A stretch of 32,000 nucleotides of DNA from Paramicrosporidium saccamoebae KSL3 (Eukaryota > Fungi > Cryptomycota), in assembly GCA_002794465.1 (NCBI GenBank), contig MTSL01000143.1, forward strand, positions 1,324 through 33,323. Reading direction: 5' to 3'. Both the position numbers and the translations under genes were made by a program. This document shows, piece by piece, positions 20,772 to 30,260 of this stretch. Under the pieces are notes generated by a model that saw only the letters and a list, made by a program, of their open reading frames with translations, ran no database searches and was not told the origin of the DNA. The stretch's first letter is position 1. Each line of letters starts with the position of its first letter.

Positions 20772-23700
20772 ATGGACAGCTTGACGACGACGTCTGAAGT
20801 CGAAGATTTTATTGACGAGTCATTGTACTCGCGACAACTGTAGTTCTGGGGACTTTGTGGGTGAATTTGTAGATATGTACTCGGCCACGAGGCAATGCGC
20901 AAAATGATTCATTCAAATGTGCTAATTGTCGGGTTGAAGGGTCTGGGAGTTGAGATTGGTAATGCTTGTGTTGCTACTAATTGTAAGCCAAAAATATCAT
21001 TCTGGCAGGTGTACGTTCAGTGACTATTTTTGATCCCGAAGCTACCGAGACGTTTGACCTGTCAGCCCAGTTCTACCTGACCCAGGAGGATGTTGGCCGT
21101 CGCCGCGATGAAGCTAGCCGGGCTAAGCTTGCCACGCTCAATGAATATGTCCCTGTATCGGTGCTGGACTGTCACGAGACAGTCTCTGGCCTTGATGCAG
21201 ACACAATTTCTCGTTTTCAAGTTATTGTTCTTGTTGACCAGCCCCTCGCTGTGCAGTTGGCAATCAACGAGATAACTCATCCACGGAACATTGCATTTAT
21301 CGCCGCCGAAACCTTTGGTCTTTTTGGTGGAGTGTTTTGTGATTATGGCAGTGGATTTGTCATCTCTGACGCTACTGGAGAGCCTCCAGTTGTAGGAATG
21401 GTTAGTGGGATCAGCTGTGACTCTGAAGGCGTTGTGACTTGTATGGAGGAGGCTCGTCATGGGCTGGAAGACGGTGACTTTGTCACGTTCCGCGAAATGA
21501 AGGGAATGACGGAACTCAATGGATGTCTTCCTCGTTCCGTCAAGGTGCTCGGTCCCTTTACCTTTTCCATTGGAGACACTTCCACATTTGGATCACATCA
21601 GGTGGGGAGTGGCATCTTTGAACAGGTCAAGCAGCCAAAGATTGTCAACTTTCTTCCCCTCAGAGAATCTCTCAGTAAGCCCGAATTTGTCGTGTCGGAT
21701 TTTGCAAAAATGGATCGACAGGAGCAAATTTTAGTCGCCACCCAGGCCCTTAGCGTCTTTCGAAGCAAACGCGGTAGTTTGCCTCGCCCTCAAAATGCCG
21801 ACGACGCCACGGAATTGATATCACTGGCTCGGGAAGTGGCGACCTCATCTTGTCTGGACATTAGCATTGATGAGGATCTGTTGAGAAAGATTTCATTTGG
21901 ATCGCAAGGTTACCTTGCTCCAATGTGTGCATTCCTGGGAGGACTAGTGGCCCAGGAGGCACTGAAAGCTTGCAGCGCAAAATTCCACCCAATAGTCCAG
22001 CATTTCTACTTTGATGCGCTCGAGTGTCTCAGTGAAGACGTACAGCTTACTGAGAAGGATTGCGCTCCAACTGGCAGCCGCTACGACGCACAGATAGCAG
22101 TGTTTGGGAAAAAGTATCAAGATCGACTTGCAAGTCTCAAAGGATTCATTGTTGGCGCTGGTGCTATTGGTTGTGAGCTCCTAAAGGTGTTTGCACTGAT
22201 GGGAATTGGAAGCGGGCCTGAGGGATACATTGAAGTCACTGATATGGATACGATTGAAAAGAGCAATCTGAATCGGCAATTTCTCTTCAGACCAGGCGAT
22301 GTCACCAAGGCAAAGTCACAGACTGCTGCAGACGCTGTTGTCGGAATCAATCCTGACATGAAGGGCAAATTCCGTGCTAGACTGGACCGTGTAGGAGTTG
22401 AAACTGAGGATATTTTCAATGACGACTTTTTCAAAAATCTCGATTTCGTCACCAATGCGCTTGACAACATGGAAGCAAGACGATATATGGACCGTCGTTG
22501 TGTCTTTTACCGCAAGCCCTTGTTAGAGAGCGGAACGCTGGGGACTAAGGGAAACACCCAAGTGGTGATGCCTCATCTGACTGAATCCTATTCCTCCTCT
22601 CAAGATCCCCCTGAAAAGACGATTCCATTCTGCACTCTGCACAACTTTCCAAATGCCATTGAGCACACCATCCAATGGGCAATGGATCAGTTTCATGGTC
22701 TTTTCCGGGCTGATCCTGAAAGTTGTAATCAGTATCTGTCTCAACCGGAAGAGTTTGTGACATCTCTAATTCAACCTGGCCAAGGCCAGAAAGACCGACT
22801 TGAGCGTGTCCTACGCTGCCTTGTCGCAGACCGCCCATTGTCCTTTGAACAATGTGTCGCTTGGGCTCGGCTTCGTTTTGAAGAGTACTTTAATAATAGC
22901 ATCAGACAGCTTTTGTTCAACTTTCCGACTGACGCCGTCACTTCCACTGGCGCACCATTCTGGAGTGGCCCTAAGCGTGCCCCAACTGCGCTAGTCTTTG
23001 ATGCTAATAATGAGCTTCATCTCAATTTTATCATATCTGCGGCTAATCTACGCGCCGAGAACTTTGGCCTGAATGGCAGTACCGACGTTTCTGTAGTCCG
23101 GAAGGCACTGGAGAGCGTCGTGGTTCCCGATTTTACCCCTCGATCTGGGGTAAAGATTCAGGTCAATGAGAATGAGGCCGCTCCTTCAGAGAGCACTGAT
23201 TCTGAGGCTGTGCAAGATCTGGTGCACGCACTTCCTGATACCGCCTCTCTGGTTGGATTTCGGTTGAGACCAATTGAGTTTGAAAAGGATGACGACACTA
23301 ACTTTCATGTTGCATTTGTTGCTGCGACTGCCAATCTACGTGCGTCCAACTATGAGATTGCTAATGCGGACCGTCATCGTATCAAGCAGATTGCTGGAAA
23401 GATTATTCCGGCCATTGCCACTACGACTGCGGTTGTCGCTGGGTTGGTCTCATTGGAAATGTACAAGTTGGCTGGGGGCTGTAAGGATTTGGAAAAGTTC
23501 AAAAATGGCTTTGTCAACTTGGCCCTTCCCTTCTGTGCCTTCTCTGAGCCAATTGCGGCCCAGAGCACCAAATACGGTGACAAGTCATGGACACTCTGGG
23601 ATCGCTTCGATGTCGAGGGAGACATGACTTTGGCCGAACTATTGGATTACTTTAAGACCCAGCATCAGATTGTCATCTCCATGCTGTCATATGGCTCCAG

Positions 23701-23893
23701 CATGTTGTTTGGATTCCTGCGCTCCAAAGAAATCTTGGAACAGCGGATGAAGATGAAAATCTCCGAGCTGGTAGAATGTGTTAGCAAAAAGCCTCTCCCC
23801 GCTCACACTGACCGGATGATCCTGGAAATGCTCGCTGAAGATTTGGAAGGCAATGATATTGATGTCCCCTATATTCTTCTTAAATTCCGTTAG
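20772..23893 (+). CDS. UBA1: Ubiquitin-activating enzyme E1, 1019 aa, 3 exons
   Basis: Exons 20772-20839, 20873-20958, 20988-23893; introns 33 and 29 nt (the second has an AAG acceptor). Contains [33 protein letters not shown] and catalytic PFCTLHNFP. Confidence 0.97.
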
Positions 23894-24072
23894 TAATTAC
23901 AAGCCGTTATAAAGACAATGAAGACGACGGATAAAGCGACTTTTTAGTAATAGTATGTCGCGTAGTGGAGATGATACCACAGACTTTGTCATTATAACAC
24001 AAATCTCGCATGGATCAAACTAAACAAAGCTAAACCAGACAATTACGGCTCTACATCGAATGGCCGGGGCAA

Positions 24073-25467
24073 ATGGCATCCTTGTTGCTGGGCGACTTGA
24101 ATGACTATATTCAGCCTTCTGTTGCTTGTGTGAAACCAGGAAGCGAGTTGCCACCTGAGGAAGACTCTAGGAAGGGAAAGCCGGTGGAGATTAATCTCAA
24201 CGACTGTCTTGCCTGCTCCGGTTGCATCACATCAGCAGAGACGGTGCTTGTCGCTGAGCAGACGCATCTTCAGCTTTATTCCGTTCTGGATGAAAACGAG
24301 CTGCTTCCTCAGAGTGAAAGACGGGTTGTTGTTGTTTCGCTCTGTCCTTCTACTGGTACAGCTCTTGCAAGACGCTTCAGGTTGTCGCCTGTTCAGGTTT
24401 ATCGTAGACTGGTGCATTTTTTCCGGAATGTGCTCCAAGTGTCGCTAGTTTTGGACACGACATTTTTTGCAAACTTTGCCCTGAGAGAGGCGGCCAGTGA
24501 GTTCATAAATACATATCGAGAGAACAAGGATGGCACAATGCCCGTGCTATCTTCAGAGTGTCCTGGTTGGGTTTGTTACGCTGAAAAGAAGCAACCAAAG
24601 CTACTGCCGCAAATCTGTGCGGTCCGCAGCCCGCAGCAGATTGGCGGTGCATTAGTAAAGTCTTATTTCCTGGACCGACTTGAGGCAGATCGCTCGCTAG
24701 AGAGGAGGAACGTTTTCCATGCTGCGGTCATGTCTTGCTACGATAAAAAACTGGAGGCATCTCGAGAAGTTTTTGCCGACAAAGATGGAACGAGAGATGT
24801 GGATTGTGTTCTGACAACTACGGAGCTATTGGCCATGATTGAAGACCGAGGTCAAGCGACTAATTTTGTCAACCTCCCCGAAGCGCTATTAGATGAGAAT
24901 GATCCGTACAAAACGTGGGTCACCTCTAAGGACGGGAGTGTAAGAATGGTGGGCCACGCTGGCAGTAGTGCTGGTGGCTATCTGTTCTTTATCATGAGAG
25001 CCGCAGCGAAAGAACTGTTTGGCATTGATTTGGCAAGTAGTATAGACCTTGATCCCCGTATTACAATTTCTGTGAATCGAAATGCCGACTATACTGAATA
25101 TGCTTTGACACGGGAAGACACCACTCTACTCCGATTCGCAGCCGTTTATGGATTCCGAAATATTCAGACGTTTGTACAGAAAAGCAAGACGAAGCGCATT
25201 AATTATCATTTTGTTGAGATCATGGCCTGTCCTGGCGCTTGTCTATTCGGTGGCGGACAGCCCAGTGATGACAAGACTGAGCACCTCCGGGAGGAAATGG
25301 AAGCGATCCATGCCGATCGTACTGCAGGAGCCGACGCAAATACTACTATTAAAACGATTTACGAGTGGATTAATGAGGAACCAACTAGACCAGCGCTCTT
25401 GGTAACCTCTTATCGCCCGTTGGAAGAGGTTGCCAAGAAAAAGCCTTTAATAAATGTTCAATGGTAA
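24073..25467 (+). CDS. NAR1: Cytosolic Fe-S cluster assembly factor Nar1/CIAO3 (hydrogenase-like), 464 aa
   Basis: LNDYIQPSVACVKP, INLNDCLACSGCITSAE, SECPGWVCYAEK, MSCYDKKLEASR, EIMACPGAC. Confidence 0.94.
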   Translation: MASLLLGDLNDYIQPSVACVKPGSELPPEEDSRKGKPVEINLNDCLACSGCITSAETVLVAEQTHLQLYSVLDENELLPQSERRVVVVSLCPSTGTALARRFRLSPVQVYRRLVHFFRNVLQVSLVLDTTFFANFALREAASEFINTYRENKDGTMPVLSSECPGWVCYAEKKQPKLLPQICAVRSPQQIGGALVKSYFLDRLEADRSLERRNVFHAAVMSCYDKKLEASREVFADKDGTRDVDCVLTTTELLAMIEDRGQATNFVNLPEALLDENDPYKTWVTSKDGSVRMVGHAGSSAGGYLFFIMRAAAKELFGIDLASSIDLDPRITISVNRNADYTEYALTREDTTLLRFAAVYGFRNIQTFVQKSKTKRINYHFVEIMACPGACLFGGGQPSDDKTEHLREEMEAIHADRTAGADANTTIKTIYEWINEEPTRPALLVTSYRPLEEVAKKKPLINVQW

Positions 25468-25574
25468 AGCCAAAGCTCGGCCGGGGTAGGGGTATCATTA
25501 GACTCGTACTTTGACAGGCGTTATAAGCCCTCTCTTGTAGTGACGTTGTCTATTCTTTACAAACTTGTAATACA

Positions 25575-27395
25575 ATGAGTGGTGGTATTCCTCCTATGAT
25601 ACCAGTAGAGACGTCTTATCACTCACAGAAGAGTGGTGAAATGGACTCGGTAGAGGCGCCTCACCATCCACAGGAGAATGGTGGGGCTTCCCCTATAGAC
25701 CCAGTAGAGGCGTCTCATTATCCAAAGGATCCTGACCCAAATACCACAAACCAAACACATCTCAGCCGTCCTCTTGTCCCCCGGATGGGTGATGACCTGG
25801 AGCGTCGCAAGAATGAGATTGTGCAGGAAATGCTGCTTCGGATACGACCGTTCCTCGGACCAAACGGCCAACTGAAGGCCGATGCAAACTTTGACGAATA
25901 TGCCAAGCTGATGTTTGGAGAGGTGCACTTTGTACAGCGAACACTATTGCTCACGGTTGTGATGAGTTCAACAGAGGCGCAGGTTTGGAAGGCGATTAGC
26001 GAGAGTCGGCATCTGGTAGAGGCGTTGGTGGAGTGGCTCACAGAATGTGCCAAGGATGATGGTCCGCTTCTGATTAAAATCTTGGAAGTACTTGGTCGGA
26101 TGCCGTTGACGGTGGACCAGCTGGTGGAGCATCGTCTGGGCAAGGTTGTAAAGAAACTTGGTGGCTCAACCAAGCCCGAAATTCGAGAGAAAGCAACGTT
26201 ATTGTGTGATTCGTGGACAAAATTGGCCAGACAGGAAGACTCGCGAAGGAAAAGTTGTAGTGATGCAGAACTTGTCAAGAAGGACAAAATCGAAACATCC
26301 CGGCGCCCATCTACAGATGTTACCAGGCTGGCGGCGGTGTCAACAAAGGAGAGTGCCGTTGCCAACAAGTCATTGTTCAATGAGACACCAGCCATCAAAA
26401 CTAGAGCTGCGCAAATATTGGAACGAGCAGCAAGGGGAGGCGAGGCTTTGAAAATAAGCAGCCGACCATTGTCAGCGGACGACATTCACAGGGAAAAGAA
26501 GAGACAACTGTATTTGCAAGAGGCAAATCTATCGCCGACTAGCACGGCCACAGCTGAAGAATCAGAGGAACCGGAGCGGAAACGGGTGAAAAAATCGGTC
26601 CACTTTGCCCCCGAAGATAGACTTGTTCAAGTTTACTACTTTGAACCACCAGATGACGATTATTATTATCACGTTGACGGCCAATATCATCGTATAGATT
26701 TATTCAAAGATACTAATGATACCCTTATAGATGGTGATTTGCATGAAATGAATAGAAATGAGGGATCCTACGCATTTAAGCAGATGGCGTTGGCCATGGA
26801 ACCTGAATGCGATTGGAAGGCCCCACCAAAGCTCCACCTGTCTCCCGAGTTGATTGCCAGAGATGGGCCAAAGAGTTTAGAAAAGGACGCTCAAGAACTA
26901 CGAGAAAAGACTGCCTTGTCGGCAGTCTACTTTAAGCCCGAAGATGTCCCACCGTCGCCCTCTGAAAACATGGTCGATGCAGGAGACATGACGCCAGGCC
27001 ACCAAAGCAAAAAGATTCCCCTCAAAGATGTTGATGGTCGCGTCACATCAGTGATCCGGTTTGTAACAAAACCAGCCGGAGTAGAGCCATCGGGGACGGG
27101 TCCCGATATTCTCAAAACACTCTTGAAAGATCCCAGCGCTCTTCAAGATTTACTAAAGAATGTTCCGCCAACGACCAAATCCCCCAAGATGCCAGCATAT
27201 CCTCCCCCTCCAATGTTCCTGCCCCCTCCCCTGATGGGGATGCCGCCACCCCCCTTTGGTATGCCACCGATGGCATTTCCGGGCCCGTTCCCCTTTGCTC
27301 CGCCTCAAAAGGCACCTTGTAAGTTTTACAAACGAGGCAAACCAAACAGCTGTCGACTTGGGACGTCTTGTCAATTCTATCATGCTGGGCATTAG
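25575..27395 (+). CDS. PPP1R10: PNUTS/PPP1R10-like PP1 regulatory subunit (TFIIS N-terminal domain, RVxF motif, Pro-rich region, CCCH zinc finger), up to 606 aa
   Basis: Helical LW-type domain (LGKVVKKL...CDSW), KKSVHF followed by VYYFE, PPM-rich tract, and C-terminal CKFYKRGKPNSCRLGTSCQFYH. The domain order matches PNUTS. Confidence 0.75.
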   Translation: MSGGIPPMIPVETSYHSQKSGEMDSVEAPHHPQENGGASPIDPVEASHYPKDPDPNTTNQTHLSRPLVPRMGDDLERRKNEIVQEMLLRIRPFLGPNGQLKADANFDEYAKLMFGEVHFVQRTLLLTVVMSSTEAQVWKAISESRHLVEALVEWLTECAKDDGPLLIKILEVLGRMPLTVDQLVEHRLGKVVKKLGGSTKPEIREKATLLCDSWTKLARQEDSRRKSCSDAELVKKDKIETSRRPSTDVTRLAAVSTKESAVANKSLFNETPAIKTRAAQILERAARGGEALKISSRPLSADDIHREKKRQLYLQEANLSPTSTATAEESEEPERKRVKKSVHFAPEDRLVQVYYFEPPDDDYYYHVDGQYHRIDLFKDTNDTLIDGDLHEMNRNEGSYAFKQMALAMEPECDWKAPPKLHLSPELIARDGPKSLEKDAQELREKTALSAVYFKPEDVPPSPSENMVDAGDMTPGHQSKKIPLKDVDGRVTSVIRFVTKPAGVEPSGTGPDILKTLLKDPSALQDLLKNVPPTTKSPKMPAYPPPPMFLPPPLMGMPPPPFGMPPMAFPGPFPFAPPQKAPCKFYKRGKPNSCRLGTSCQFYHAGH

Positions 27396-27561
27396 TGTAT
27401 CTTTTTATTTTTCCGTAACTTCGTAACAATGATTCTGTATGAGACGATCCACACTTGCGATAGTTCAGTTCTGTCAGAAATAATCTATAACTAACAATTG
27501 GGCACATGATAATATATGCTTCCATGTTAAGCCTGTCTGAGATAATCTATAACAATTTGGT

Positions 27562-27650
27562 ACACGATAATCTATCACGACTGTTACACGATAATCTATC
27601 ACGACTGTTACACGATAATCTATCACGACTGTTACACGGTAATATATAAC
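27562..27650 (+). repeat. 24-bp minisatellite, 3 exact copies plus a partial copy; degenerate copies extend back to about 27478
   Basis: ACACGATAATCTATCACGACTGTT at 27562, 27586 and 27610. Confidence 0.95.
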
Positions 27651-27728
27651 TTTATGACAGTGTCACTTGAGGTAGTCTATAATTCTATGATGAAACAGTT
27701 CACATCCAGAGCCAAGATTGTGCATGGC

Positions 27729-28001
27729 TTAGAACTGTGCTAGTCCGCGACCTAGGGCCGTATTAATCCAGGACTCAAAGCCAAAGGTGTTCCAAAATTG
27801 AGGCTGGGACTGTTCCTGAGCCGAGGCCCAAACTATCCATGGCTCGAAGCCAAAGCTATTCCAGACTTGAGACTTGCGCCCTTCCTGGCTCGAGGCCGAA
27901 GCTATCCATGGCTCAAAGCCAAAACTTTTTCTAACTCGCAGCTGGGGTTCTGTACGACTCAAAACGGGAGCTATCCATGATTCAAAGCCAAAAGCATTCA
28001 T
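27729..28001 (-). CDS. Hypothetical 90-aa repeat peptide (4 x 23 aa, FGFE[S/P]WI), or a pseudogene fragment
   Basis: The frame is open across all four 69-bp units; core differences fall mostly at third codon positions. Confidence 0.35.
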   Translation of the reverse strand: MNAFGFESWIAPVLSRTEPQLRVRKSFGFEPWIASASSQEGRKSQVWNSFGFEPWIVWASAQEQSQPQFWNTFGFESWINTALGRGLAQF

Positions 28002-28010
28002 GACTCAAAG
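27760..28010. repeat. 69-bp-period tandem repeat, 4 copies
   Basis: Core ATCCA(T/G)GRYTCRAAGCCAAA at 27766, 27835, 27904 and 27973, exactly 69 bp apart. Confidence 0.9.
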
Positions 28011-28163
28011 TGCGAATCGTTTAGTGTCAGTGCAAACCACAGAGTTTACTCAAAGCGGCCTCCGCCAACCCCTGTAAGCCCCATATAATGAGCCCCGGCG
28101 TCCGGGGTAGTCGGATTCCTTCCGAGAGACCGACAGAGAATCTTTATTCCTCACAAATCTAGT

Positions 28164-29243
28164 ATGACTAAACCTGCCCCCGTTAAAGTAAGGATATCCC
28201 AAGTTGCATCTAACGTTCTCCAGTCTGACAAGAAAGCTGCTGCCGCCAAGGCCGAGCTGAAGAAGCTCGCCGCTCAGGCCCCCGCCTCCGTCGACAAGAA
28301 GAAGGCATCCAAGAAGGTAGTCTCATCCTCTGAGGAGGATAGTGAAATTGAGAGCTCTGAGGAGGAGAGTGAGGACGAGCCCGTTGCCAAGAAGGCTGCC
28401 TCTAAGAAGGTTGCCAAGAAGGCCGACACTTCCAGCGACGAAGAGTCGATGGTAGACTCTGATGGTTCTGACGAGATGGATTCTGATGATGTTGACTCTG
28501 ATGCGGTCGATTCTGATGAGATGTCTGAGGAAGACTCTGCTTCAGAGGCCGAGGCACCCAAGGGCAAGAAGGCCTGGGCTGTCCCCAAGGACGACTCTGC
28601 ATCTGAGGCATCCGAATCCGAGGCCAACTCTGAATCCGAGGCTGAGGAAGAGGACGAGGAGGAGGAGGAATCCGACTCTGATGATGAGCCCGCCACCAAG
28701 AAGCGCAAGGATACCACTGCTGGTAACGATGCCAAGAAGCCCAAACACGATAACACTCTCTCCCAAGAATCTGCCACTCTCTTTGTAGCCGGACTTGCCT
28801 GGGCCTGTGACGGAGATATGCTTTCCGGCGAATTCAGCCATCTTGAGGGATTCCAAGCTGCTCGCGTAGTGAGCGACCGTGAGACTGGCCGCTCCCGTGG
28901 TTTCGGTTACGCCGAGTTTGACTCTGCTGAGAATGCCCGTGCTGCTTTGGAGGAGATGAACCAGAAGGACATTGGTGGTCGTCAGATCCGCGTTGACTTT
29001 GCTGGTCCCCGCCCCGAGGGTGGAAACCGTGACGGAGGTAGCCGTGGCGGGTTCCGTGGAGGTTTCCGCGGAGGACGTGGTGGAGATCGTGGAGGTTTCC
29101 GCGGTGGTCGTGGAGGTGAGCGCGGTGGATTCCGTGGTGGACGCGGTGGAGATCGTGGAGGTTTCCGTGGCGGTCGTGGTGGATTCCGCGGAGGACGTGG
29201 TGGAACTCAATTCCAAGGAAAGCGCACTACTTTTGACGATTAG
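28164..29243 (+). CDS. NSR1: Nucleolin/Nsr1/Gar2-like protein (acidic Ser-rich N-terminus, one RRM, RGG tail), 347 aa after splicing
   Basis: In-frame intron 28188-28223 (GTAAGG..CTAAC..CAG). RNP2 LFVAGL, RNP1 RGFGYAEF, and repeated GGFRGGRGGDR. Confidence 0.85.
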   Translation: MTKPAPVKVRISQVASNVLQSDKKAAAAKAELKKLAAQAPASVDKKKASKKVVSSSEEDSEIESSEEESEDEPVAKKAASKKVAKKADTSSDEESMVDSDGSDEMDSDDVDSDAVDSDEMSEEDSASEAEAPKGKKAWAVPKDDSASEASESEANSESEAEEEDEEEEESDSDDEPATKKRKDTTAGNDAKKPKHDNTLSQESATLFVAGLAWACDGDMLSGEFSHLEGFQAARVVSDRETGRSRGFGYAEFDSAENARAALEEMNQKDIGGRQIRVDFAGPRPEGGNRDGGSRGGFRGGFRGGRGGDRGGFRGGRGGERGGFRGGRGGDRGGFRGGRGGFRGGRGGTQFQGKRTTFDD

Positions 29244-29328
29244 TTTTCCTTTCAGTTAAAGTTTGACCATAGACTGCAGCATGTTCCTGATCTAAGAATA
29301 CACCCATTTATATCGATTTATTGGTTCT

Positions 29329-29755
29329 TTAGGCGTGTTGCTGCTGGCAGGCTTTCATCATGTCCATATAGTCCTGGCAAGTTCCGACCTGATTGTTATT
29401 CTGGTCCATGCATTGCAGGAACAGCCTGGAATATTCTTGACACTGCGGCGCTACATCGCGCGGAGTATACGCAGGTGCAGCTTGCTCTACCGGCGCCGCC
29501 TCAGAGCCCCCGGAGAATAAGTCCATGGCCATACGACCGGCCACATGACCAACAGCGACACCTGCGGCAGTTGTTGCAATTTGGCTCAACAAGCCTTCGC
29601 GCTGTGGAACCTGCACCGGCGCTGCTGCCGCAGCTGGTGCAGCTGCAGTGTGATTTTGGCGGCGTGGCGCAGAGCTATCATCTTAGAGACCAGGTTGGAG
29701 CTTACGTAGAGACGGGCTTGGGTGCGGGGCGACTTGAGCGTGAATTGCGAGGCAT
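29329..29755 (-). CDS. MIX17: CHCHD2/CHCHD10/Mix17 mitochondrial intermembrane-space protein, 131 aa, 2 exons
   Basis: Exons 29755-29706 and 29674-29329; 31-nt intron. Arg-rich presequence MPRNSRSSR, GLLSQIATTAAGVAVGHVAG, and twin CX9C (CQEYSRLFLQC...CQDYMDMMKAC). Confidence 0.92.
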
Positions 29756-29996
29756 TGTATTGTCGGGGATTTCGACCAGGGATGTTCAGAGTGTAGTCAG
29801 TCCATGAAAATCCGAGATCCATATCCCTATTCTGTTCATAATGTCCACATATTCTGTTAATGGGGCCCAAATATCCTGTCCATGGTCCATGGTAGGCTGA
29901 CCGTCAATACTTTACCAATACATAAAACGACATAATATATTATTGGTATCCAGGCACGGCCACTAGTTGACGATCGTATCGAGTTTATTGGTAGCC

Positions 29997-30120
29997 TTGT
30001 TAAACAGTATCCGTTTATCCTTGGCGATCCCAAGCCAGATATATCTGCCATCTCACAATTCGGCATGTTAGTAGGGATAACGGCCTTTGAAGGCGTCTTT
30101 GACAAAGAAACAATCTCGCT
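29997..30120 (-). repeat. Dispersed repeat family, copy F (inverted)
   Basis: The minus strand reads CAAAGACGCCTTCAAAGGCCG...ATTGTGAGATGGCA...GGATACTGTTTAACAA, colinear with copies C, D and B. Confidence 0.7.
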
Positions 30121-30260
30121 CGCTAACAATATCCAATCAAAACATTTTTCCTATAAATCTAATCCGGTGCGCTGAGAGTAATCATTTATAGACAGAGGAT
30201 GTCGTTTTCCTCAAACTTTGACACGGTCTTTATCTTTGTCCATCTGCAAATACACCAGGG

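Noticed and set aside
27562-28010. 24-bp and 69-bp arrays (and the 49-bp array at 8552) as CRISPR arrays
   Set aside because: There are no unique spacers and no cas genes, and the context is eukaryotic.
29857-30129. 90-aa minus-strand ORF
   Set aside because: It overlaps repeat copy F, has a non-ATG start and shows no recognisable motif.
30199-30258. Possible upstream ATE1 exon (ATG 30199, intron 30226-30258)
   Set aside because: The join is out of frame (GGA TGA) and the donor GTCTTT is poor.
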